Part shown: one piece after another, positions 13,573 to 24,939 of the stretch
Layout of the letters: each line of letters opens with the position of its first letter
Numbering within the stretch: the first letter of the stretch is position 1
Origin: Octopus sinensis
Lineage: Eukaryota
Reading direction: 5' to 3'
NCBI RefSeq assembly: GCF_006345805.1
Contig: NC_042999.1
Span: 145,390,001 to 145,454,000 of the forward strand
DNA: 64,000 nucleotides
Made by a program: the position numbers and the translations under genes
The notes under the pieces: generated by a model
Databases searched by the model: none
Told to the model about the DNA's origin: nothing
Seen by the model: only the letters and a program-made list of their open reading frames with translations

Positions 13573-14193
13573 GAGTGAGAGAGCAGTTCATGCCATCAAA
13601 GTGACACTGGGGTAAAATATACGAAGCCCAATATACCCATCATGACTACCCGTCTGATAAAGGTACACCAGGCACATGCATCACAACCATATGTGCGCGA
13701 CATGGTGATCTCATATCAAGATAAACAGCACATGACCTTGCAGGTGGGGCCCAGTTAGAATTTTCTTCAGGTTGAGTAGCCCATCCCGCTCAAATGGTCC
13801 CTGAATAAGGGTTGTTTAAGGATGTTGAAAGAACCACCCATGTTTCCAGAGGTGAACTATTCAAACCCCAAAGAATCCCTCTCAACACATGGCTATGATG
13901 CTCCCCCACTACTTCTGCTCGTGATCAGAGATGCACATATCGTCAGCCACTAAGGGACATGCTCAACTGGTTAAGGTCAAACAACTGACAAGCAAATCTG
14001 TGGTATTGAGCAGAATATTTGCTGTAGCCCATCTTTTATACCAAGACAAAACAGTGTACATGATAACACTTCCAATCAGTTAAGATCAGAATCCATGAGA
14101 GCCACTGCCCGGTACTGCATCAAGGCATTTATACTGCATCAGGGCATTGGTACTGCATCAGGGCATTGGTACTGCATCAGGGCATTGGTACTG

Positions 14194-14197
<4 letters not shown>
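13573..14197 (+). mobile_element. Unclassified (TAA)n-flanked repeat with a 19-bp terminal tandem array (14111-14197)
   Basis: Matches 6501-7052. Ends in 4 full and 1 partial GGTACTGCATCAGGGCATT. Inserted into the (TAT)n linker of the minus-strand tRNA-hammerhead unit. Confidence 0.85.
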
Positions 14198-14242
<45 letters not shown>

Positions 14243-14246
<4 letters not shown>

Positions 14247-14322
14247 TCTCTGCCTGGAATCGAACTCAGAATCCTGGGGTTAGTGGCCCGCGCTCTTAAT
14301 CACTACGCCATATGACCGTGGG
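14243..14322 (-). other. tRNA-like (tRNA-Thr-like) Pol III head of Penelope family A unit
   Basis: Minus strand TGGCGTAGTG (A box) and GTTCGATTCC (B box). Same sequence at 22076-22135 within the PLE. Confidence 0.75.
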
Positions 14323-14340
14323 TACCTCACTGAGATATGA

Positions 14341-14427
14341 CCATGGGCATAGTGTCATATGGCGTAGTGGTTAAAAGCGTGGGCTGGTAACCCCAAGATT
14401 CTGAGTTCGATTCCAGGCAGTGACATG
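14341..14427 (+). other. tRNA-like (tRNA-Thr-like) Pol III head of Penelope family A unit
   Basis: TGGCGTAGTGG and GTTCGATTCC boxes and an anticodon-like arm GGG-CT-GGT-AA-CCC, followed by (AAT)n/(AAC)n. Confidence 0.75.
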
Positions 14428-14516
14428 AATAATAATAATAATAATAACAACAACAACACAACAACAACAACAACAACAACACAACAAAACAACACAACAA
14501 CAACAACAACAACAAC

Positions 14517-14566
<50 letters not shown>

Positions 14567-14605
14567 AATAATAATAATAATAACAATAATAATAATAATA
14601 ATAAC

Positions 14606-14788
14606 AACATCGAAAAATACCTTAGGAATGAAAAGGTTCGAAATTTCTCCAAGACACCTGATGAAGGCTGGAGAGTATATCAGCCAAAACGTTGTGTTAA
14701 CAACAAACAGGATGAGGGAAAATATCCGTCAAATGTAAATAATGTAAGTAATGTACCTAGTTCCTCATCTCTCAAATATAGAACTGTA
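14606..14788 (+). mobile_element. Penelope family A terminal repeat with hammerhead (14653-14698)
   Basis: GACAC-CTGATGA-A-GGCTG...CAGCC-AAAAC-GTT-GTGTT: stem I GACAC/GTGTT, palindromic ACGT stem III, G12 mutated. Confidence 0.8.
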
Positions 14789-14874
14789 TATTCATAATGT
14801 ATAATTATCAAACTTCAGAATTAACGAAACATACAACCTGAGAAATATTAGCGGTTTAAATTGTCATGCGATCC

Positions 14875-14934
<60 letters not shown>

Positions 14935-14986
14935 GTCTGCCTGTCTGTCTGTCTGTCTGTCTGTCTGTGTATCAATGAATGAATGG

Positions 14987-15033
<47 letters not shown>

Positions 15034-15034
15034 A

Positions 15035-15093
<59 letters not shown>

Positions 15094-15324
15094 CATCTCT
15101 CTCTCTCGACATGGACGGACGCTAGTCAAATGGGCTCCACGTAAGTTGGTCATTTTGTACGTTGAAAATTGTTTATTGTGAAATATTTTGTGTTAAAAGT
15201 TGTGCAACAGCATCCACTGCAAACCTTGATTAATATCTACACAAAATTTTGCCCCTTGTGGGCAAAATTAAAAGAAAAAATTCTCATAGCCTTCGTGGTT
15301 TCATTTAGCCATTTTATTTCCAAA

Positions 15325-17430
15325 ATGGCCACTGGTCACCACGAGGCTGAGGTGCAAGTCAAGCGTGACGCAGAGGCAGAAAAACAGGATGCTCTGTTAC
15401 CTTACGCTGAACCTGACAACTCCGCCACCATCAACATCGACAACAGCAACAAATACAAAACAAAGGTCGCAAGGCCAAGCACCGTCAACACCATCAGTGA
15501 GTCCACCACCACCACCAACACCGACAACAACACCATGGCAGAATCTGCTACTAAAACTGCTATCCCTACTAAAGACGTCGCCACCAATAACAATACCAAC
15601 ATCACCGCCACCAAAGACCGTGCCGTCAATGCTACTAATACTACTAACACCACCGCCGTCACCAAGAACGACAACACACAACAACAACAACAACAACAAC
15701 GACAACGACAACAACACCCTTCAACCACTGCTCACTCCATCCATACCAACAAGTGAAAAAATAACGACGACAAGCAAACGAAATGCCGAAATTTGCGCTA
15801 ATGCAGGACTAAATTACGCAGGCAATTTTCCACCCCTTGCTAGTTGCATAATCAGCAACCACAACCTACAACCCACACCCCTGCCATCAACACCAACACC
15901 ACCGGCAGTAACAACAATAACAAAACAACAACAAACTTCGCCGAGGCGAAAAAGAAAAGGTAACAAAAGTTTCGTTTACTACACAACAGATTAAAGATTG
16001 CAGAAACCTTATTACAAATCAAAACGGAAAAATACTCTTACACATACCTCAGCACATACTGAATGAGGAGAAAAAAAAGACAATTGTATATAAAATCACA
16101 AATAAAAAAACAAAAAGTCCAGAAAAGGCAAGCACAGACAAAGTCGAAAAGTGCTTACGCCCCATCTGGGGTACAAGGATTGTGTGACTTGGGCGAACAA
16201 GTTCGCACACGTACAGGTGGTTTTTCAGAATGAAGAGTTGGCGAAGAAATTCTCAACGATAACCCTTCATTCTGATGAACTAACGTTGACACCGAGTTAC
16301 CTCGGCCAGAAGGTGACGAAAGTCATTATCAGTGGTGTCCCCCAAGTGACTACAACACTGTGGATTACATCCGCCTTAACATCCGAAATGGAGGACATAA
16401 ACATCCTAGATATCGGTGTTTCGGAAAACAAGGACTGGCTGGGAAAGAGAATAGAGTTCCTCTTCCACATAAGTCAAGAGGACATAAATAAAATCCCCAC
16501 CCACGTACATCTTGAGGATGGCCGCAAGTTATACGTAGTAGTCGAGGGCAGAAGGCCACGATGCTATACATGTGGCAGTGAGGCACACCTCAAAAAGGAG
16601 TGCAAATCTGCCGCAAAATTACAACAACAACAACAGCCACAGGAAAAATCACAAAAGCCAGGATTATTGCCCACACCACAATATGGACAGCTAGTCAAGA
16701 AGCTGTATGCGGAAATGCAGGAAAAACAACAAAGAACAAGCCAACCCAACCAAACAACACCAACACCAGCGCCAAGAACAGAATCATCACCACCAACCAC
16801 AACAATAAACCAATTCCAACACCAAGAATAACAACGAAGAAGACAAGCACCAAGGATGTAGGAGAGACAATAACCACAACAAACCCCCCAGCAACACCCC
16901 CCTCCCCGCGCACCACAACAATATCTACAACCACACAAACACACCCAGACGCTTTACCCTTGCCCCCTGCTGATTCGTCAGACTTTTCATCTAACGATGA
17001 AAGTTCGACAGAATGGCAAATAGCCACAGGGGGTAAAAGAAAAAGATCAAGAAAAACCAAACAAGAAATCGCAACCAAAGCAGGGAGATACCTGAACCCT
17101 GAAAACTCCATACACACAAAACAACAAGCACCACACCACAAAAACAATGCTATCAGCGATAGACACAAAAGACTCCAAACTAATGGAGTACATCACAGGA
17201 TACACAAACATTTGTGAAGATGACTTTAAAAATAGCAATCATCCACGCACTACACCACCCAAACACATCAAAATACTACACATCACACAACACAACACCA
17301 CAAACTCAAAGCCCTCTTCCCAAATGCTGTAGGGGGTTTCCAGAAATATCTGTCCCAAAAACTATATAGAAACCTCCTCGAAGACACATCAAAGAACGAG
17401 GAAGCCAAAACTTTCGACACAAGTAAGTAA
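15325..17430 (+). pseudogene. Tx1 ORF1 (T/Q/N-rich N-terminus, RRM-like region, CCHC knuckle), several frameshifts
   Basis: ATG 15325; CYTCGSEAHLKKEC knuckle. The C-terminus KALFPNAVGGFQKYLSQKLYRNLLEDTSKNEEAKTFD is homologous to copy 3. Confidence 0.85.
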
Positions 17431-17480
17431 CTCTCTGTACTTTCATTTGTGTGTTTTAAAGCACACACCCCAATAGAATC

Positions 17481-20400
17481 ATGGTCAAGATTGGTTGTGT
17501 GAATGCGCGTGGCTTGGGGTCTCCTTGGAAACAAGGATACCTCCTAAATGACATCAAGTCACATGATTTGGGAATCATAGCCATAAGTGAGACCAGACTC
17601 CACGAGCCACGGGCCCTAAAGTCCATGTTTGGCGGACAGTTTAACATTTATTTCGCTCCCTGTCTGCCGAGGATGGGCGGTAGTGGCACCGCGGTACTTT
17701 TTCACAAGAGCCTGGATCTCGAAGTCAAGACGATATTCGTAGACCCGGAGGGTAGACTGATCGTTCTGGATGTTGACGGCAGCAATGGGTGCGCTTTTCG
17801 ACTCGTATCAGTCTACGCACCGCCCTTAACAGGTCGGGCGGATTTCTTTCGACGTCTAGAAGTATTCTTGGGAACGTCTCGTCCTTTACTCTTAGTGGGG
17901 GATTGGAATGCTACCTTGGACACGCATGTAGACTACGTGGGTAGAGACAGAAACAGAAGGGGATGCAAATGCCTCAGAGACCTGCTCAGACGATTCCAAC
18001 TGTCTGACAGGTACCGACTCGACCACCCAAATGCACCAACGTGGACATGGAGCAACCGCAGTGGGTCGTCGAGATCGTATCTAGATAGGATACTGTGTAG
18101 GACAGTAGACAAGGATAACTTAGGATGTCCACAATTCCACACAGTCAGCTACACGGATCACAAATTGGTGACGTGTACGCTAGACTTAGATAAGGCACAT
18201 AGACAGGGTCCTGGGTACTGGAAACTGAACGCATCATTCCCGTCCAGACAAGTTTTCAGAGACCGGATTAGCACACTAGTAAAGAGGGCTTTGACGGGAG
18301 CCATCATCAACAACAAATGGTGGTTTGCCCTCAAGAGAGCAGTAAAAGCAGAAGCGATTAGGTACAGCAAAGCACTAGCCATAGATAGAAATAGTAGAGG
18401 GTGAGCTAGTTAAGAAGCTAGAAGAGGCAATTAGAAGCGGCATCGCATCCGACGTTTTGGCGGCGAGGTTGGCCCTCGACCAACACTTCAACGCCAAACA
18501 CGAAGGATGTGCTGTCAGAGCTAGGATGCGTGCTCTAAGGAACGAAGGTGTTGGAGCCGCGAGAGAGGCCCGGGTGGCAGAGGCGCAACAGGGCAACAAA
18601 GCCACCATTCGGTCACTGGTAGATGAACAGGGGCGCGAATTGCTCGAGCCAAGTAAAATGTGTGAGGCCTTTCAGCAGCATTTTGCCCGACTGTTCGGGA
18701 CGAGTGGAGGGCAAGAACGTAGGGTAGACTTCAGTGCCTACCTACATAGCCTGCCACGACTCTCGACAAGAAAGGCAGGGTGCTGCGAAGGTGCCATCAC
18801 GGCGGCGGAAGTGCGGGAAGCGATGGCAGAATGCTCGAGGGACAAATCACCGGGTTTGGATGGTCTACCCTACGAATTTTACTATTGTATGCCAGACTTG
18901 TTTGGAGACGTCTTGGCAGCGGTATACTGCAACTGGCAGCAAAACGGGAGCATACCCGGTTTTGTGAGTCGAGGAGCTGTAACTCTGCTGAAGAAAGATC
19001 CAAACAAGGGAAACATTATAGATAACTTTAGGCCAATCACTCTGCTCAATGCAGACCTGAAAATTTTGACAAAGGTGTTAGCCAAGAGGTTGGCGCTTGT
19101 CATGGAGAAACTGGTCGACAACGCACAAACGTGCGCCGTGCCGGGCCGGAGCATCCATGACAACCTCCATCTGATGCGCTACATCATAGACAGGGTAGTT
19201 AACGAACCTGGCATGGGTGGGGCCCTGATCAACTTGGATCAATCGAAAGCCTTTGATAGGGTAGACCATCGATACTTGGAGGCAGTCCTGAGAGCGGCTG
19301 GTTTCGGTCCCGTCTTCCGCGGCTGGATAGCTGCCTTGTACAGAGGCATCCGTTCGGTAATTCGCGTAAATGGACATCTATCGAGACCCTTCGACATTGC
19401 ACGTTCGGTCCGTCAGGGATGCCCCCTCTCGGCGCTTCTATACGTATTGACTCTTGAGCCACTACTGCGGAAGCTGGCGACTCTGAGGGGCATCCCGCGA
19501 GAATTAGGATGCGGGACGAGCGTGTCTGCATACGCGGACGACGTCACCGTCATAGTGTCAAGCCACGAGCACATCGAGCGGGTCGGCGAGACACTGAAAG
19601 ACTACGAAGCGGTGACAGGAGCAAAAATCAACCGGGAAAAGTCAGTGGGCTTGCGGCTCGGCACCTGGAGAAGCAAGCCCATGCCGTCCACCAGTACCTC
19701 CGTCGTGGGACGCTGGACAGACGGCCCGGTTGAGTTGCTCGGGGTCTGGTTCGGTCCGGACCTCCAAATGGAGAAGAACTGGAACGAGATAACGAGTAGG
19801 GTGGTCACTCTCGCCCAGCAATGGGCCGAGAGGAAACTGTCCCTAAAAGGTCGGGCGGAGGTGGTGAACGCGTACATCGCGTCCATCATCTACTACCGCC
19901 TGACCGTCGTACCTTGTCCCGACCCTACCATCACCAAACTAGAACGCATCCTCTTCCGCTTCTTGTGGAAAGGATGCGTCCCGATGGTCAGGCGATCCAT
20001 TTGCTGTCAACACCCGTTAAAAGGAGGGCTGGGCATGCCGTGGTTGATGATGCGCAGACACGCGCTGAGACTGCGACATCTCCGGCTCTATGTAGACGAC
20101 GGTGAACAGGTGTGGTCGCCGTTTGTGAGGCACGCATTCCCGCAACTCGTCTCCATGACCGAACTACAGTCGTGGATCAAAAAGAGGCCGAAGAAGGGCG
20201 AATGGCACCGCGAGTGTCGCGTTGCTCTCAAGCAACTCTGCCGTCCCGGGTCGACCTTGAGTGACTTCAACACAACCAAAGCATTCTATAGGGGATTAGT
20301 GGAGGGGAGGTACGACGACGAGCTCGGGGCAACCTGGGCGTCGACGAGGAATACCTGACCCGCCTGTTTCAAACGACTTTCGGCCCGGGACCTATGGACA

Positions 20401-20913
20401 ACTTCCAGAGATCCCTGGCCTGGCGGTGCTACCGAGAAGCGCTACCCGTTCGGGATAAGCTCTATAGGCATGGCTCGAGAAACACGGGGCCGACCTGCCC
20501 GAGATGCGGGCAGAGCGACGAAACCGCTCTGCACGCAATCGTGCAGTGTCCAGCAATTTCCCACCTGTGGGCTTATGTCGAACGACTGCTGTCACGTGTG
20601 GGACGTGTCGGTTTATCAGCCGAGTCTATCGTTAATATCGTCACGCCTCCTTCCTTCAAACGGGAAGGAAGAGCTATTTTTATCATACTTGTGGCTATGG
20701 CGAAAGAATGTATCTGGTGGACGCGTCTGAAAGGATTAGAGACAAACACTTTCCTCTCTGGTCAATCTCATCAACTTCTTCAAGTATCACTTGAAGAAAA
20801 AAGTGAGAGTAGAGAGGCAAGTTTTGTCTAGTGAATGTTTTAAAAAAAGATGGGTGAATGTAGCAAGGATGGCACGTATGAATGACGAAGCCACCTTGAC
20901 TATGATTCTATGA
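17481..20913 (+). pseudogene. Tx1 ORF2 (AP endonuclease, reverse transcriptase, zinc knuckle) with three small frameshifts
   Basis: Motifs NARGL, SETR, GDWN, YLDRI, TDHK; KSPGLDG, FRPITLLN, LDQSKAFDRV, VRQGCPLS, YADDV; CPRC..H...C. Deletions relative to copy 3 at about 18394 (2 nt), 20330 (1 nt) and 20768 (2 nt). Confidence 0.95.
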
Positions 20914-21821
20914 ACCGTAAAAATTAATACAGAGAGTTGCTTATTTGCAAAAAAAAAAAAAAAATATAACATGTGACTTCATTGACCGAGGTTACCGTGG
21001 TCTTTTCCGTAGGCTTTTCTTTCCACGGGTAAACCTCACCTGTCCTCCCCTTTACACTTCATATTGACATTTCTGTGATAACGATCCCTATTGATCAATT
21101 TTTTTTCCTCTCCCCCTTTTTTTTAACCCCCCCTTTTTTTGTCCTCTTTCTCTCCTTTTACGATCCCTTTTGATCGACCCCCCTTTTTTATTTTATTTTA
21201 TTTTTTATTTTATTATTATTATTATATTTTTTTTTTTTTTTACCTTCAAAAGAAAAGCTCTACCTTGTAATTTGTTCTATCTGTGTGCAGCCCTGTGTGG
21301 CTAATAAAGAAACATATCTATAATCGACTTACCCCCTGGAATCGCAAGCCTTGTGTCAAAATTTGAAACTGATATTTCTTGCTGATAAAGTGATATTTCA
21401 CTTTATCACTGTATAAGTGATATATCACATTTACTTCTTTATATTTGTTGATTTATATACCAACCATTTATGACGTCAACAACCTTTATTTATTCTGTGG
21501 ATAAACGAGTAATTGCTTTTAGTTCAAGACTTGTTGACAAACCTGAATAGTCATCGACGTATAGAGATATATTATGCGGGAACTTGTGGGAAATATCTTA
21601 TCCAATATATTTTTCAGCACGTTTTTTTTCATTAACATATACATTAATTCATAGCACCAACTGAATGCTGGGTTGCTGTGCATCTCACTGAGATGCACTA
21701 AAATTGCACTGCCTGGATTCATAAATGATGCGACTAAAATTAGACATACATGCACACACATATACATCCACACAGACTTATATTTACATATGTGAGTAAG
21801 CATATATGTATGCGTGCGTGC

Positions 21822-21862
<41 letters not shown>

Positions 21863-21929
21863 AAACAGAAAGAAAGAGGGAGAGAGGGAAAGACAAAGAG
21901 AGGGAGAGGGAAACAGAAAGATGTGAACA

Positions 21930-22720
21930 TTATTTACAATTGTTCACATCTTGTTTGTTGTTAACGTTTCCGCTGACATACCCTCCAGCCTTCATCAGGT
22001 ACCTTGAGGAAATTTCGAACCTGGGTTCTCATTGCTAAAGTATTTTTCGTTGTTGTTGTTATTATTATTATTATCGAACTCGGAATCTTGGGGTTAGTAG
22101 CCCGCGCTCTTAACCCCTACCCCATATGCCCGTGGGCAATTATGGAGTGAATTTTAAGGCTTATAAATCTAATATTTTTTTCTATCCTTCCTTAATACCG
22201 GTTCCCATATGCTACTCATAGCGGCACTCGGTCTTCTTAGGCGGTGGTTGTGTCCTAGCATATGTGCTGCTTCTTTTAGTTTTCGTATTTTCCAGTTGTG
22301 TTCTCTGTCTATTATTTTAACTTCATCCCACAGGGGGAGGTGGTCTCCATTTTTTCCATACATGGCCAGCTATACCCGATTTATCAATATCTCCCCGCGT
22401 CACAGCTTTGCGATATTCCTCTACCCTTATTTTGAGGGAGTGGCATGTTTCGCCTTTGTATGACTTACCACAGCTTCATGGGATGGAGTACACACAATTC
22501 TTAGTCATATTCTCTTCTATTGGTGGTTTTACTCGAAGGAGATATTTGCGAAGTGTTGTATTATTTTTGAATACTGTCCTGATGTCATATGGGCCGCATA
22601 TCTTTTGTATCTTTTCGGAGAGACCTTTCACCTAGAGCTGACAGACTATGAACTGTTTATCGGTTTCATCCTCTCTTTTCTTCATAACTGGAGTGGAGAG
22701 TATGCTTTTGAACCCGAGGT
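21930..22720 (-). mobile_element. 5'-truncated Penelope-like element (family A): GIY-YIG endonuclease end, tRNA-like head, (AAT)n, hammerhead
   Basis: Minus translation NCVYSIP*SCGKSYKGET and WDEVKIIDREHNWKIRKLKEA (GIY-YIG). Hammerhead core CTGATGA..GAAAC-GTT at 21961-22003. An inverted copy of the terminal tail lies at 22731-22806. Confidence 0.9.
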
Positions 22721-22826
22721 AGGTTCAACATGAGGACAAATATCTGTCAATTGTAAACAGTGTAAATAATGTACATAATTCATCATCTCTTAAATATAAG
22801 ACTGTAAAACATATACAGCCTTCACA

Positions 22827-24022
<1,196 letters not shown>

Positions 24023-24453
24023 AAGAAAAAAAAATCATAATGATGATGATGATGATGATGGTTATATTTTTTTCGACAAACACCAATTGTATTTGTTTAC
24101 GATTCATTTTCAATAATAAAAAAATATTTCATTTCCATTCCGATTGGTGACGATTATTTTATGATATTGCTTTTATATGTTCCGCATGATATCATATACC
24201 ATATGCCTCCTGTCGCATTTACATACAAAAATGTTTAGAAGAAATCAATATCATATTTGAAGCAAAAACGAAACAAATATCGATTAACATTTCTGTATAT
24301 TAGGATGAAATTATTATACATGAATAAATAAATAAATAAATAAATATATAAATATATACATGTATGCATATGCATACGTATATACATACACACGCATACA
24401 TACACACTTATGTCTGTGTGTGTGTATGTGCATGCGTGTGCGTATGTGCATAT

Positions 24454-24497
<44 letters not shown>

Positions 24498-24506
24498 ATA
24501 TATATA

Positions 24507-24669
24507 TATCTGTAAATGTAATATGTGATAATTATTCGGTAGCCATGATAAAACTCGGAGTTTTATCATGACTACCGAATAATTGTCACATATTACATTT
24601 ACAGATAAATTCCTTTATTTACATAATATCGAGCTCTCTTTCATTCTTTTGTTGTCATATCATGTTTAT

Positions 24670-24672
<3 letters not shown>
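24507..24672. mobile_element. Penelope-type terminal fragment with a 50-bp fold-back palindrome, in (TA)n
   Basis: 24507-24556 is the reverse complement of 24558-24607 (2 mismatches, 1-nt loop). Homologous to the minus strand of 36686-36802. Confidence 0.8.
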
Positions 24673-24737
<65 letters not shown>

Positions 24738-24939
24738 GAATAGAGCGGATATATTAATTTGAATAATATTTTCTGTACCTAAATATGTTGATGCAACAGA
24801 AAAGATCGTCAGCATTGTAAAATGAGTTCAACAATTAAAGATGTGATTTTCTCTATCCATATTTTTGTTGTTTTATATGTATATATAAAAGTATATGTAT
24901 ATACTTACATATACATACATATATACATACACGCAGATC

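Larger units (their letters stand above)
15108..21317 (+). mobile_element. L1/Tx1-clade non-LTR retrotransposon, near full length (copy 1)
   Basis: 5' UTR, ORF1 with CCHC knuckle, ORF2 (APE, RT, C-terminal CCHC) and a 3' UTR ending AATAAAGAAACATAT. Preceded by (TCTA)n. Confidence 0.95.

Noticed and set aside
14111-14197. 19-bp direct repeats, CRISPR-like at first sight
   Set aside because: There are no spacers or cas genes and the context is eukaryotic. It is a terminal tandem repeat of an interspersed element.
14341-14427. Functional tRNA gene
   Set aside because: The acceptor and T stems pair poorly, the anticodon differs among copies (GGT, ACT), and it is embedded in a mobile unit.
15169-15756. 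Poly-Q ORF as a host transcription-factor exon
   Set aside because: It lies within the Tx1 5' region in line with the rest of ORF1.
17933-20595. Alternative-frame and antisense ORFs over Tx1 ORF2, recurring at 55900-56900 and 60500-63000
   Set aside because: Expected shadows of GC-rich coding sequence. They recur only because the element is repeated.
21313-21370. Tx1 copy 1 targeting a SINE (its 3' flank is a SINE tail)
   Set aside because: The matching SINE 5' half is absent upstream of the element, so a flank deletion is the simpler explanation.
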